Both the position numbers and the translations under genes were made by a program. DNA of 64,000 bases. Source: Candidatus Saccharimonadales bacterium. GTDB lineage: Bacteria > Patescibacteriota > Saccharimonadia > Saccharimonadales > JAXHNE01. The stretch covers positions 10,612-74,611 of the forward strand of contig JBFIJL010000004.1 of assembly GCA_041600755.1 (NCBI GenBank). The letters run 5' to 3'. Positions within the stretch are counted from its first letter, which is position 1; each line of letters starts with the position of its first letter. The notes under the pieces are model-generated. The model was given only the letters and a program-made list of their open reading frames with translations. It ran no database searches and was not told where the DNA came from. This document shows, piece by piece, positions 52,680 through 62,331 of this stretch.

Positions 52680-54338
52680 TTATTTGTCAATGTTTACCTG
52701 AGTGCCACCGAGGTTTTGGGTGAAATAGCTATCATGAGAAATATAAATGATTGCACCGTGATATTGCTTGAGAGCATGCTCTAACTCTTCAATGCTCGGC
52801 AAGTCCAGGTGGTTAGTTGGCTCATCTAGTATCAGAACCAGCGGGTCGTCTGCTAGCATGCGCATTAGCTGAAATCGGGCTTTTTGGCCACCACTCAGGC
52901 GACTAATGAGCATCTCGCCATCACCAACCGGGTGAAACAAATAGTCACTCAGCATCTGTTTTATTTTTTGATCACTGGCGTCCACTTCTTTTTCTAGTAA
53001 AACGTGTTCTACTGCGTCTTTTAGCTTCATGTCCAAATACTTTGCGCCAATTTCTTGTTCGTAGTTGCCAATCTTGAGCTGCTTCTCGGAATTTATGTGC
53101 CCACCCAGCAGTTTGCTGTCAGATTTTTCACCATTAGCTTCAGCCAGTATTGCGTTAACGAGTGTGGTTTTACCGGCACCGTTTTTGCCGTGCAAACGGA
53201 TACGCTCCCCTTCGCGAAGCTGAAAACTAACCTCATCAAACAGCGGTTCATCGCTGTAACCTAGAACGGCTTTGTGCACCTCAACCAAAAGTCTATTAGA
53301 TTTCGACTCGGCAGTTCGGGCTCGGATTATAATGTTACGTGCTTTGTGTTCATCGTAAGCATCGGCCAGTTTATTGTTGAGCCCCTGAACAGATTCTTTG
53401 TCTATCCAAAAGCTTGGCTTAGCCATTTTCTGTAACTTTTGCAGTTCTTTGCGAGCTCGTTGTTCTTGGCTCTTGAACCTGGCGATCGTTCCTGGATTGC
53501 GGGCTTTTTCTTTGAGACGCTGGAATCGGACCACGTCATCTTTGAGGTTTACAATTCGTCGCTGCGTGACTTCGTACTCGTTGACCTCACTAGTAACTTT
53601 ACTTGTGTTGGTCTTTAGATATGCATCGTAATTGCCGTTAAAACTGTAGCTTTTGCCGTCCCGAATCTCGATAATTCGATCAACTGACTGCAGTACATCA
53701 CGGTCGTGAGTAATAACCACCACTGCGGCTTTCTCTCTGTTAAACCAGTCCAAAAACAGCTCTTTTGCAGCATAGTCCATGTGGTTGGTTGGCTCATCTA
53801 TCAGAACTAAGTCTGCCTTGCTGTGTTGTAGCTTAACTAGCTCCACAAAGCGCTTTTGCCCACCACTGAGCTGGCCCATATTGCCGTCAATTCGCTCGGC
53901 AGCAAGTCCGTAGGCCTCTAGACTGCGGCGAACTTCGTCCTCTACCAGGTAATATCCAAGGTTGCTAAACTGCTCTAACGCTTCGCTAAAAGCATTCATC
54001 TTTTTGTGATCATCGCCCATGTGCTCTGGATAAGTATCAATAATGTGCTTAAGTGACTTATAGCTTGGCAAATCTTCTAATATAAACTGCAAAACCGCGG
54101 TGTCTTCAAACCCCTGATGCTCTTGACGTGAGCTCACTACAACAAGACCGCGACTAAAAGTTACTTCACCAGAAAAGTCTTTATCCTCCCCTGTTAGCAT
54201 GTGGAATAATGTGGTCTTTCCCGTACCATTGCGGCCCACAAACCCGACCTTTTCGCCGGCTTGCAGTGTAAGTTCTAGGTCTTGGTACAGAATCTTGTCA
54301 CCGAATGACTTTTCTTCAATTAGTGCGTTTGCAATCAT
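52680..54338 (-). CDS. ABC-F family ATPase (tandem ABC domains, no TM domain)
   Basis: Two Walker A sites (GRNGTGKTT, GKNGAGKTT), two signatures (LSGGQKRF, LSGGQKAR) and an inter-domain basic linker. Confidence 0.88.
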   Translation of the reverse strand: MIANALIEEKSFGDKILYQDLELTLQAGEKVGFVGRNGTGKTTLFHMLTGEDKDFSGEVTFSRGLVVVSSRQEHQGFEDTAVLQFILEDLPSYKSLKHIIDTYPEHMGDDHKKMNAFSEALEQFSNLGYYLVEDEVRRSLEAYGLAAERIDGNMGQLSGGQKRFVELVKLQHSKADLVLIDEPTNHMDYAAKELFLDWFNREKAAVVVITHDRDVLQSVDRIIEIRDGKSYSFNGNYDAYLKTNTSKVTSEVNEYEVTQRRIVNLKDDVVRFQRLKEKARNPGTIARFKSQEQRARKELQKLQKMAKPSFWIDKESVQGLNNKLADAYDEHKARNIIIRARTAESKSNRLLVEVHKAVLGYSDEPLFDEVSFQLREGERIRLHGKNGAGKTTLVNAILAEANGEKSDSKLLGGHINSEKQLKIGNYEQEIGAKYLDMKLKDAVEHVLLEKEVDASDQKIKQMLSDYLFHPVGDGEMLISRLSGGQKARFQLMRMLADDPLVLILDEPTNHLDLPSIEELEHALKQYHGAIIYISHDSYFTQNLGGTQVNIDK

Positions 54339-55018
54339 ATTCTTTGCAGCCTATCCTCAAGATTTGATGCCACAAGTGAATCAACCGTCTCGGCATTTTC
54401 CAGTAAAAAGTCGCCTACGACCGTGCGGCGCAGGTCGGTCATGTGAGAGCCAACTTCTAGTTTTTTGCCAATATCCTCTACCAGTGTACGGATATAGGTG
54501 CCGGAAGATACAGAAGTTGTGAATGAGACGTTCGGGTAGTCATATGCTACGCCTTTAATAAAGTGAATCTTAACCTGTCGCGGCTGGATATCAACCGGCT
54601 TGCCTTCGCGGGCTAGTTCGTAGGCCCGCTTGCCCCCAACCTTGATAGCGCTAAATGCGGGCGGTACTTGCTCTATTACTCCCACAAATGACTGAGCGGC
54701 GGCCTGAACCTCCTCCGTGAAAGGCTCATTTGTGCTCGTGATCGTCTTTTCACCCTCATCGTCGCCGGTAGTGCTGGTTTCGCCAAGCTTCATAGTTACT
54801 TCATAGGTTTTATCGACCTTCGAGAATTCTTCTGCTCGCTTGCAGTAACTACCAACCACCACGATCATCAGTCCAGTTGCCAGTGGGTCAAGCGTCCCAG
54901 TGTGGCCAATCTTTACTTTCTTGCCAGCCTGCTGTTTTAAAACGCCACGAAGCTTGGCCACAACATCGTGACTCGTCCAGCCTTTTGGCTTATCGACAAG
55001 CAAAATTCCATCAAACAT
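54335..55018 (-). CDS. truB: tRNA pseudouridine(55) synthase
   Basis: GILLVDKPKGWTSHDVV and GHTGTLDPLATG with the catalytic Asp. Confidence 0.9.
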   Translation of the reverse strand: MFDGILLVDKPKGWTSHDVVAKLRGVLKQQAGKKVKIGHTGTLDPLATGLMIVVVGSYCKRAEEFSKVDKTYEVTMKLGETSTTGDDEGEKTITSTNEPFTEEVQAAAQSFVGVIEQVPPAFSAIKVGGKRAYELAREGKPVDIQPRQVKIHFIKGVAYDYPNVSFTTSVSSGTYIRTLVEDIGKKLEVGSHMTDLRRTVVGDFLLENAETVDSLVASNLEDRLQRI

Positions 55019-55052
55019 CAGTAGTTAAGTATAGCGTGCTGATTAAAAATTA

Positions 55053-56858
55053 CTACTGTCGGACTGGAGGAAGTGACAAATCGTCGGTCGAACCGCCTGG
55101 GAGTGGTGGCATCATAGGTGGCGGAACTGGTGGCGGAGATGGAGACGAAGGCGCATTGGTTTCTGGTGGCTTCGACTCATCAACTACGGGAGGCAGCACC
55201 AACCCCGAGGCCGGTGAATTAGAGGCAGTTTCAGCACCCACTTCATTGTTATCGGTTAGTCCGGTATTGGTATCCACTTTAGAAATATCTAGAAATTCTT
55301 CATTGCTTGGGGAAGTATTCTGGTCGGGATTTGATCCTTCTTGCTCTCCTGCATCATCATGACCGAGATTTAAATCGACTGGATTTGCATTCAGCGCAAC
55401 AATTGGATCAAGCGCTGGTTCATTTTTTGCGTTTTCCAGTGCGGCATCAACCGAGTTCTTGAGCTTGTCCAGATCTGGGGTCGCCGATACATCATTGGCT
55501 TGCTGCTCTGAACTATTTACTTCATCGGTATTTTTGGGCTCTTCGGCCGGTTGAGCAGCCTCTGGCTCAGACTGTTCGGGACTAGCGCCAACCTCTCCAG
55601 GATGCTCATGACTCAAAGTTGGGCCAGTGACAACCTGTGAACTCAGTGGATCCGATGAACCCTCCTCCGCCTCTGGCTTATCATTTGCAGTAAGCGTGCC
55701 TTGTGTTGTTGGCGGATCAAGAATCATGCGTCCACGACCATGCACTTCTGGCAATTCTGGCTGTGGCGGCAAAGCTGGCAATTCATCCACACCGGCAGCA
55801 TCATCGTTTAGCGCCTGTTTAACAACCTCTGGTGGCTCAATTCTCTGAGCTGGGCGTGAAATTATCTTTGGGTGGTCGTTGGAAGGGTCAGTTGCCGGTA
55901 ATTTCTCGTTAGCCTGGTCTTTGGCTAACGATGTTATATTTCCATGTTCATCAACTCCAATTTCGTGGGGATTAGAAGGTTCGTCAGCTTTTTCGCTAGC
56001 CGTATCTTGACTATGAACAATGCTCAACGAGCCATCGTCGTGCTTGACAGAGCTCTCAGTCGTCGGCGGTGCTTCATTGGATACCTCTGGTGGGCTCGCT
56101 TCTGCTACAACTGGTTCTGGAGTTACTTGTAATTGTGTGGCAACCAGCTGCTGATTTGCGCCAGCCGCCATTAACTTTGCACTGACCGTCATGGTTTCCG
56201 GCAATGTTTTTTCATTACTAAATCTTTCTGTTTCGGCCACAATACCCGTCAAGAACGCCGTTGCAATCTGAGAATCAAACAGCCCATCTTTAAGCTGGAC
56301 AGAGACATGCGACATGATTTCGCTCAAACTGCTGGATTTTTCAATAATATTGATGCCGCCTAGCTCGCCGGCGTGATCAAGGTTTACAGAAATAATCTTA
56401 GCGTCATGAAGAATCCGGCCATGGGCTGTAATTGCCTGGTCGAGCTCACCCTGTTCGTGCACACCAAGCGCTAACACCACATCAACATTGAAGTCACCCT
56501 GACTGAATTCAAGATCTGACTGCCCGATAGTTGATCTATACGGTGTAATAAAAATCTTTACGTGTTGATCTTCAACCTTATAGCGAAGCTTATCAGCCTT
56601 GGACTTATCCAAAGAGATAATAAAATCACGCAAACTGTCTGTTGTATGCTCTAGTGTTGCTTCAGGTTTCAAAAAATCAATTGTGGACGGCGTTGTGCCG
56701 CTAAACACAGCAGTACCATGCTTTCCAAGCTTGTTGAGAACCAATGTGGTCCCAATTGCAGCCGCCAATTGGTCAATTGATGGATTTTTGCTCACAGTAA
56801 CTAAAACGTTCTGTGCCCCGTTGATAGCTTCGATGAGTTCTTTTTTAGGATCGTTCAT
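55053..56858 (-). CDS. NrnA/DHH-like protein with degenerate catalytic motifs and a ~330-aa Pro/Glu/Ser-rich disordered tail
   Basis: The N-terminal 270 aa has a DHH/DHHA1-like layout next to truB, but no DHH or DxD motifs (VLVTVSKNPSIDQLAAAIG). The C-terminus ends PSSPSPPPVPPPMMPPLPGG. Confidence 0.6.
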   Translation of the reverse strand: MNDPKKELIEAINGAQNVLVTVSKNPSIDQLAAAIGTTLVLNKLGKHGTAVFSGTTPSTIDFLKPEATLEHTTDSLRDFIISLDKSKADKLRYKVEDQHVKIFITPYRSTIGQSDLEFSQGDFNVDVVLALGVHEQGELDQAITAHGRILHDAKIISVNLDHAGELGGINIIEKSSSLSEIMSHVSVQLKDGLFDSQIATAFLTGIVAETERFSNEKTLPETMTVSAKLMAAGANQQLVATQLQVTPEPVVAEASPPEVSNEAPPTTESSVKHDDGSLSIVHSQDTASEKADEPSNPHEIGVDEHGNITSLAKDQANEKLPATDPSNDHPKIISRPAQRIEPPEVVKQALNDDAAGVDELPALPPQPELPEVHGRGRMILDPPTTQGTLTANDKPEAEEGSSDPLSSQVVTGPTLSHEHPGEVGASPEQSEPEAAQPAEEPKNTDEVNSSEQQANDVSATPDLDKLKNSVDAALENAKNEPALDPIVALNANPVDLNLGHDDAGEQEGSNPDQNTSPSNEEFLDISKVDTNTGLTDNNEVGAETASNSPASGLVLPPVVDESKPPETNAPSSPSPPPVPPPMMPPLPGGSTDDLSLPPVRQ

Positions 56859-57020
56859 TTTTTATTTTTATCCTTTGTAGAAAATCGTATCATATAAACA
56901 CAAGCATGTCCACCGATAGTCGGCCCCAGACAAAGCTAACAGTTTACAAACAGAGTAGATGATGCTACTATCAACTTCGACTTTTAATCAACTATAACTG
57001 TCAATTAACGAAGGAGCACT

Positions 57021-57440
57021 ATGCCAATTATTAAATCAGCGAAGAAGCGAGTTAAGACTGCCAATAGAGCAGCTATCCGCAACAGCAAAACCAAGCGAAC
57101 CCTGAAAGAAGCTTTGAAGTCTTTCCAGGCTGCCGTAACCAGTGGTAAAAAAATCGAAGAAGCTCACAGCCAAGCTCAAAGCGCGCTCGACACTGCCGCA
57201 AAGAAGAACATCCTACACAAAAACAAAGTAGCTCGTAAAAAAGCCCAACTTTCTAAAGCCGCAAAAGCTGCTGGTGCAAAACCAGTTAAGAAAGCTGCAA
57301 AGACAGCAACCAAGCCAAAAGCAGCCGCTAAGCCAGCTGCCAAAGCTACTCCAAAGAAAGCTGCTGCAAAAAAACCAGCAGTAAAGAAAGCAACTACGGC
57401 CAAGAAACCAGCTGCTAAAAAGACTCCAGCAAAGAAGTAA
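57021..57440 (+). CDS. rpsT: 30S ribosomal protein S20 with a Lys/Ala/Pro-rich C-terminal extension
   Basis: MPIIKSAKKRVKTANRAAIRNSKTKR... is bS20. Residues from about 87 to 139 are AAKAAGAKPVKKAAKTATKPKAAAKPAAKATPKKAAAKKPA... Confidence 0.85.
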   Translation: MPIIKSAKKRVKTANRAAIRNSKTKRTLKEALKSFQAAVTSGKKIEEAHSQAQSALDTAAKKNILHKNKVARKKAQLSKAAKAAGAKPVKKAAKTATKPKAAAKPAAKATPKKAAAKKPAVKKATTAKKPAAKKTPAKK

Positions 57441-57460
57441 TACACTTACAGCCCCATATA

Positions 57461-57489
57461 AAAACACCCGCGAACGAGCGGGTGTTTTT
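57461..57489. terminator. bidirectional intrinsic terminator (rpsT / holA convergent)
   Basis: acacccgc/gcgggtgt stem flanked by AAAA and TTTTT. Confidence 0.65.
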
Positions 57490-58402
57490 ATATGGTTACA
57501 ATAAACGCTTTGAGCGCATCATCGGCGTTTAGTCTTGTTGACTTCATTCGCTCGTCAATCATTCGTAGCTCGTGCACCAACTCACTCACCCGCTCTTTAG
57601 ATAGTCTTTGTGCAATACCAGAAGATTTCTGCAAAACATACGGGCTAACCTTGGCTTCAGATGCGATGGCTTGCGGCGAGCGGTCACCTGCCGTCTTCAA
57701 AAGTGCCAACATCTGAAATTGCCAAGCCAATAACGCCACGATCTGAATTGGATCAACCAGCAATGCTCGCTGCTCCTCATACAATGCCAAGGCTTGCTTT
57801 TTGTTGCCAGAAAATGCAGCTTCAATGAGCTCAAAAATCGTGCTGGATGGTGCGCTCACCGTCAACTCTTGTACTGCAGCAACCGAAATATTGCTATCGT
57901 ACAATGATAATTTGTCTAGCTCACGGGCGACTTTTAACTGATCCTGTCCTGCGCGCATATATAACTCACTTGCTGCATCGGCATCAATGGATGCATCCTG
58001 AGCTTCTGCATATCGCTTCATCCAGGCAATCATTTTTGGTCTGTCTAGTGCAGCAAAATCCTCGAAACCCGGAAGCTTTTTAAGTGACTTGTAATACACG
58101 GAGCGCTTGTCAAACTTAGGTTCAAGCACGATAACGTCGGTAGATTCAGGAACCGTCTTCAACATCTCTGGCAAAGCCTCGCTTACCTGCTTTTGTGAAC
58201 TTGGCTTATCGAGCACTACCATTTTTTTATTCGACAAAAATGGCATACTTTCCAGTGCGCCGCTGATCGAGTTAACATCAGATTCAGAACAGTCAATCAG
58301 CTCCATTGCCATGTCGCCGTGCTGCTTTATAAACTCGTTGACTAGCTCTCTCTTGCGAGCAAGTGCCATGAACTGATTTTCTCCACTTAGTACATGAATC
58401 AT
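57488..58402 (-). CDS. holA: DNA polymerase III subunit delta
   Basis: Length and the pattern MIHVLSGENQF...ELIDCSE...MPFLSNKKMVVL...LYEEQRAL fit HolA. Confidence 0.8.
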   Translation of the reverse strand: MIHVLSGENQFMALARKRELVNEFIKQHGDMAMELIDCSESDVNSISGALESMPFLSNKKMVVLDKPSSQKQVSEALPEMLKTVPESTDVIVLEPKFDKRSVYYKSLKKLPGFEDFAALDRPKMIAWMKRYAEAQDASIDADAASELYMRAGQDQLKVARELDKLSLYDSNISVAAVQELTVSAPSSTIFELIEAAFSGNKKQALALYEEQRALLVDPIQIVALLAWQFQMLALLKTAGDRSPQAIASEAKVSPYVLQKSSGIAQRLSKERVSELVHELRMIDERMKSTRLNADDALKAFIVTI

Positions 58403-59283
58403 TTTCGGTTACTCCTAGGTTTTGGCTGGCAAGTTGAACAGGTGTGAGTGCCGCGTCCAGCAACCCTGGACTTCATAATTTCATTCCCACAAACTTCACA
58501 GGCCTCTCCTTCTCGTCGAAACACTTTGGCAAATGTTAGGTAACTACCTCGTTTACCTTCGGCCGAAACGTAATTTCTGTCTGTACTGCCACCCTTTTCA
58601 ATTGCAAGCAGCAAAATTCTGCGAAGCTCTTCGAACAAAATCTTCAACCTGTCTGTATCTACGTCTTTTACTAGAGTTTCTGGATGAATCTTAGCTGCAA
58701 ATAACGATTCATCTGCATATATATTGCCGACACCCGCGATGACCGCCTGATCAAGCAACACGGCTTTGATTCCACTATTTTTTCGCCGCTCTAGACGTTC
58801 CAAAAAATTATTGGAAGAAAACGAATCTAATAGTGGTTCGGGGCCCAATTTTTGGAAAAATGGCAAATTCATGACTTCACCTGTGGGAAGCAATCGCACC
58901 CAGCCGAACTTCCGCTGATCATTAAAATACAGATGTGAGTCATCGGAGAATGAAAACGTTACTCGGGTGCTTTTATCTGGCAACTCTCCAATCAAAGATT
59001 CATTAGGGTGCCCCGCCCCAAAAACTTGACTACCCCTAAATACAAGTTGACCTGTCATTTTAAGATGAATTACGAGTGTATAGTTTGTTGATAGATCGAT
59101 CATAAGCGCCTTACCTCTGCGTCTTAAGCCCATGACTCTAGCTCCTATCAAGAACCGCTCAACATCGCTTGCAGCATTTGGGAAGCCTTTTGGCCAATCA
59201 AAAGAAACATTGGAAATTGTTTTTCCAATAATAAGTTCAGTAAGACCGCGCTTAACGGTTTCGACTTCAGGCAACTCCGGCAT
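58399..59283 (-). CDS. mutM: formamidopyrimidine-DNA glycosylase
   Basis: MPELPEVETV N-terminus, an H2TH region, and a C-terminal zinc finger CEVCGNEI...CSTCQ. Confidence 0.9.
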   Translation of the reverse strand: MPELPEVETVKRGLTELIIGKTISNVSFDWPKGFPNAASDVERFLIGARVMGLRRRGKALMIDLSTNYTLVIHLKMTGQLVFRGSQVFGAGHPNESLIGELPDKSTRVTFSFSDDSHLYFNDQRKFGWVRLLPTGEVMNLPFFQKLGPEPLLDSFSSNNFLERLERRKNSGIKAVLLDQAVIAGVGNIYADESLFAAKIHPETLVKDVDTDRLKILFEELRRILLLAIEKGGSTDRNYVSAEGKRGSYLTFAKVFRREGEACEVCGNEIMKSRVAGRGTHTCSTCQPKPRSNRK

Positions 59284-59302
59284 AAAACCATTGTACCCTT
59301 TT

Positions 59303-59578
59303 ATGGCTCACCTATACACTGCTACACTAGATGCAATGAGCAATTCAATGGCAGATATTTTGGGTAACCGTTCGTTCCACGAGCCCAAAGAAATTCAAAT
59401 AATTAAAACTTACGTACGAAAGCAGTTCAGTGCGGAATGTGGCGTAACTATCAACGAGCGCAGCATAGTCATTAAAGTTGATAGTGCGAGCCTAGCCGGC
59501 TCACTTCGCATGCACCTTCACCTCATCGCTAAAGAGTGCGATGACACTAAGAAGCGTCTAATGATACGAATTATGTAG
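59303..59578 (+). CDS. DUF721 (DciA-like) small protein
   Basis: From ATG 59303: ...ILGNRSFHEPKEIQIIKTYVRKQF...ERSIVIKVDSASLAGSLRMHLHLIAKEC resembles the DUF721 pattern (from memory). Confidence 0.45.
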   Translation: MAHLYTATLDAMSNSMADILGNRSFHEPKEIQIIKTYVRKQFSAECGVTINERSIVIKVDSASLAGSLRMHLHLIAKECDDTKKRLMIRIM

Positions 59579-59815
59579 CTAGTCTTGCCAAACCCGATAA
59601 GATACCACTTCCGTTCCACTAAAGGAGAGTACAGTCGCCGCAGCGAGCTGTGAATTTGCCGCTGGAACTGGCAATGCATCTTTATTCGTTGCGTCCAGTT
59701 CGGGCAATTGAACGGATTGAGCAAACTCCATGTCGGTCAGGTGTGGTGACAATACAAACGCAGTCATTGGTGGTAATTCTGGATTAACTGTTCGCTGAAA
59801 TTCAATAACACTCAT
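59579..59815 (-). CDS. hypothetical protein (78 aa)
   Basis: ORF only; no motif. Confidence 0.35.
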   Translation of the reverse strand: MSVIEFQRTVNPELPPMTAFVLSPHLTDMEFAQSVQLPELDATNKDALPVPAANSQLAAATVLSFSGTEVVSYRVWQD

Positions 59816-59918
59816 TTTGTATTGCCTTTCTGTTTTTAGAACGTAAGTCTATTACACACCTAAATACGTGAAAGTCAATGGACTTTTTGCGTGAAAACAA
59901 TCAGCATCGTAATTTATA

Positions 59919-60491
59919 TCACTTGTGGTTTAAAATTGATTCTAGCTCGGTTTTGAGCTGCGTAAAGTGCTGGTAGTGAACAGCCTGCATGCCAATTGCA
60001 CGTGCCGCCTCACAGTATTCAGTTATGTCATCGGTGAATATCGCTTCACTAGGCTCTATGTCCAGTTTCTCGCATGCTAGCTGGTATATTCTTGGATCAG
60101 GCTTTGTGGTGCCAACCTCAAAAGATAGCACCATTTCGTCAAACAATCGCTGCTCCTCAGAAGTCAAGAACGAGTCTCGTATCCAATTTGTGCCAATATT
60201 GCTCAGTAGGCCAATCTTGTACTGAGGCTTAAGTGTCGCGATATACTCAAGCAACTGAGTGTTTTTAGTTGTTTCGTTATCGAGCTGGTGTTCAATTTCG
60301 GACGCCCTGCGACCAGTGACTTCCTCTACTTGGTCAAGAAACTGAGTAACCGTCAACAGTCCTGCATCGTACTGATGATTTAACTCCCGTGCTCGCTGAA
60401 CAGCTTCACCGTCGGGCAGGCTGGCGGTAAATTCACGCCACTTGTCTGCTGTGAGCACACCGAAACAATCAAAAATTATCGCCTTTATCAC
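59919..60491 (-). CDS. HAD-superfamily hydrolase (subfamily IA-like)
   Basis: IIFDCFGVL (DxD-type motif I), LLSN (motif II), and FTDD (motif IV). Confidence 0.8.
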   Translation of the reverse strand: MIKAIIFDCFGVLTADKWREFTASLPDGEAVQRARELNHQYDAGLLTVTQFLDQVEEVTGRRASEIEHQLDNETTKNTQLLEYIATLKPQYKIGLLSNIGTNWIRDSFLTSEEQRLFDEMVLSFEVGTTKPDPRIYQLACEKLDIEPSEAIFTDDITEYCEAARAIGMQAVHYQHFTQLKTELESILNHK

Positions 60492-60510
60492 TAAAGATTA
60501 GTTTAACAGG

Positions 60511-61080
60511 TTACAGTTCAACGTCGCGAGTTAAATCGCGGTATTCAGGGATCTGAGCCTGAAATAAGTCCTCGACCAGGCGGATGTCTCCACCAAAGTT
60601 CCCAACCTTTTTACCACAAGAACCACTCCAAAGTCGTGACTCGGTTTTACCGGCCTGGGTCAACAGATAAATAGTCCGATTTCCCTTAGGGCAAACGCCT
60701 TTTTCGTCGGTCACATTTGTTTCCTGGCTTGTCATAAATCCAGCTTTCGCGAGTCCAAAAATGAACTCTTCGAATGCTGCTGGGTTATTCTTGAACTGCT
60801 GCGACATTGTAGTTGTTTTATTGTAGCCATCGAGCACCTCTAGGGTCCGAAAATTTCTATCTACAGTAATCCTAATTGATTGCCTTGCTTCTTCTCCTAC
60901 CAGCTCACCAGATATCTCATAGCTAACCTTGGCGTTTGTATCTGCGTAGCTTTCGAGTGTGCTCACGCTACCCTGGCTAACTGCCGGGCTATCCTTTTTT
61001 ATACTACTGTCGCTTCGAATCCAAAAGATAGCTGCGATCAATATAAATACGGTGGCGAAAACTCCCAATAAATACTTCAT
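60511..61080 (-). CDS. membrane-anchored hypothetical protein
   Basis: From ATG 61080: MKYLLGVFATVFILIAAIFWI..., a signal anchor. TATAAT lies 7 nt upstream of this ATG, suggesting a leaderless transcript. Confidence 0.5.
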   Translation of the reverse strand: MKYLLGVFATVFILIAAIFWIRSDSSIKKDSPAVSQGSVSTLESYADTNAKVSYEISGELVGEEARQSIRITVDRNFRTLEVLDGYNKTTTMSQQFKNNPAAFEEFIFGLAKAGFMTSQETNVTDEKGVCPKGNRTIYLLTQAGKTESRLWSGSCGKKVGNFGGDIRLVEDLFQAQIPEYRDLTRDVEL

Positions 61081-61128
61081 ACTTACTATTATAGCATAAT
61101 AAGTACGCTTTTGCAATACTATTTATGC

Positions 61129-62331
61129 TTACACAGCTCGGGGGTCTATCCCTACGGATTTTTCGTAGTCGCGTCGCAGTTCTGCAAGCTCGGCGATGGT
61201 GATTGTCTTGCCCAGGACGAATCTTGTACTTGAACGCTTAATTTCCTCTTGGGGTTCGAGCGGATAGCGCTCACGCAACTCACTGAGCGCCGTGAACTCT
61301 TCTCCACTTAGCCCCCTGTTGGCGTCGTCATCGTACAAACTTAACTTCTTCATGATGCTGCGCACCGCTTCATCCTTTTGGCCAATACTAAATATGCCCG
61401 AACCGTGTATTTTGAGGGCGCGCCGCTTGAAGCCCGGTATACCTTTTAGTCCTGGCATAACCGGATCCATTAGCTCACTGTTTAACGTCATTATAGTATC
61501 GCCCGGGAACTCTTCGTAGAATCGTTTTACTACCCCGTTATAGACAACGTGGTGACGAGCTTCGTCTTTGGCGATGCGACTCAGCACCCGCGCACCTATC
61601 GGTCCAAGCAGTGCTCCGTTTCGCTTGTGGGCATAATTAGTACTGAGCTCTTGCCATGCCACGTAAGCAAACAATTGCGAAACGTTTTGCAGCTCTACTT
61701 CCATGCCAGCCCGAAGTTGTGAATTTCGACCTGCAACATGCTCTGGATTGTTTAGCATGTCCGTCATGAGCCCATACTGATTCATTGCATTGCCGTGTGC
61801 GCCTTCTTCCGACGTCCAAATACCACGCCCCCATTCATCGACAGCCGGCAACTCTTTGCCATGCTTGTCGGCTAACGCCTGGAAGCCACCAAAATTTGTT
61901 GCAGTATAAATTGGCAAATTGTCTTCTGTTAGAGTGTCTAGTAAAAATGCATTCGTAGAGGCTTTGCTCATCTCGGTCGCCTCAGCTTCGGACAATGCTC
62001 CACTGCGTACAACAAACCACAGCCAGCCAGATTCTAGTTCACCGACCCGCTTGGACAGTTCGTGGTACGGAGTGTCGTAGGGCACGCCAAGCGTGTCTGA
62101 GGCCACTTGTAGATAATCTATAGGTTCGAGCTTTGGGCGCAAGCTGGGATCTTCTACAGTGAAGGCTTGCGGCTGGTACCCGTAAGTCCGCTGATCGATA
62201 TTGGCCGATGGTGACTCGTCTTTGTTCACCCATTTTAAGTGTGCATCAATCAGCCCACCAGCACCCAACGCCTCTTCGGCAATCATCAACTTATCGACTT
62301 CGTATCTAGGATTTGGCGTGTAAGCTCCCAT
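61129..62331 (-). CDS. acyl-ACP desaturase-like ferritin-fold di-iron protein (divergent)
   Basis: WTSEEGAHGNAMNQY and RIAKDEARHHVVY correspond to the two ExxH motifs (EENRHG / DEKRHE) of soluble acyl-ACP desaturases. Confidence 0.6.
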   Translation of the reverse strand: MGAYTPNPRYEVDKLMIAEEALGAGGLIDAHLKWVNKDESPSANIDQRTYGYQPQAFTVEDPSLRPKLEPIDYLQVASDTLGVPYDTPYHELSKRVGELESGWLWFVVRSGALSEAEATEMSKASTNAFLLDTLTEDNLPIYTATNFGGFQALADKHGKELPAVDEWGRGIWTSEEGAHGNAMNQYGLMTDMLNNPEHVAGRNSQLRAGMEVELQNVSQLFAYVAWQELSTNYAHKRNGALLGPIGARVLSRIAKDEARHHVVYNGVVKRFYEEFPGDTIMTLNSELMDPVMPGLKGIPGFKRRALKIHGSGIFSIGQKDEAVRSIMKKLSLYDDDANRGLSGEEFTALSELRERYPLEPQEEIKRSSTRFVLGKTITIAELAELRRDYEKSVGIDPRAV

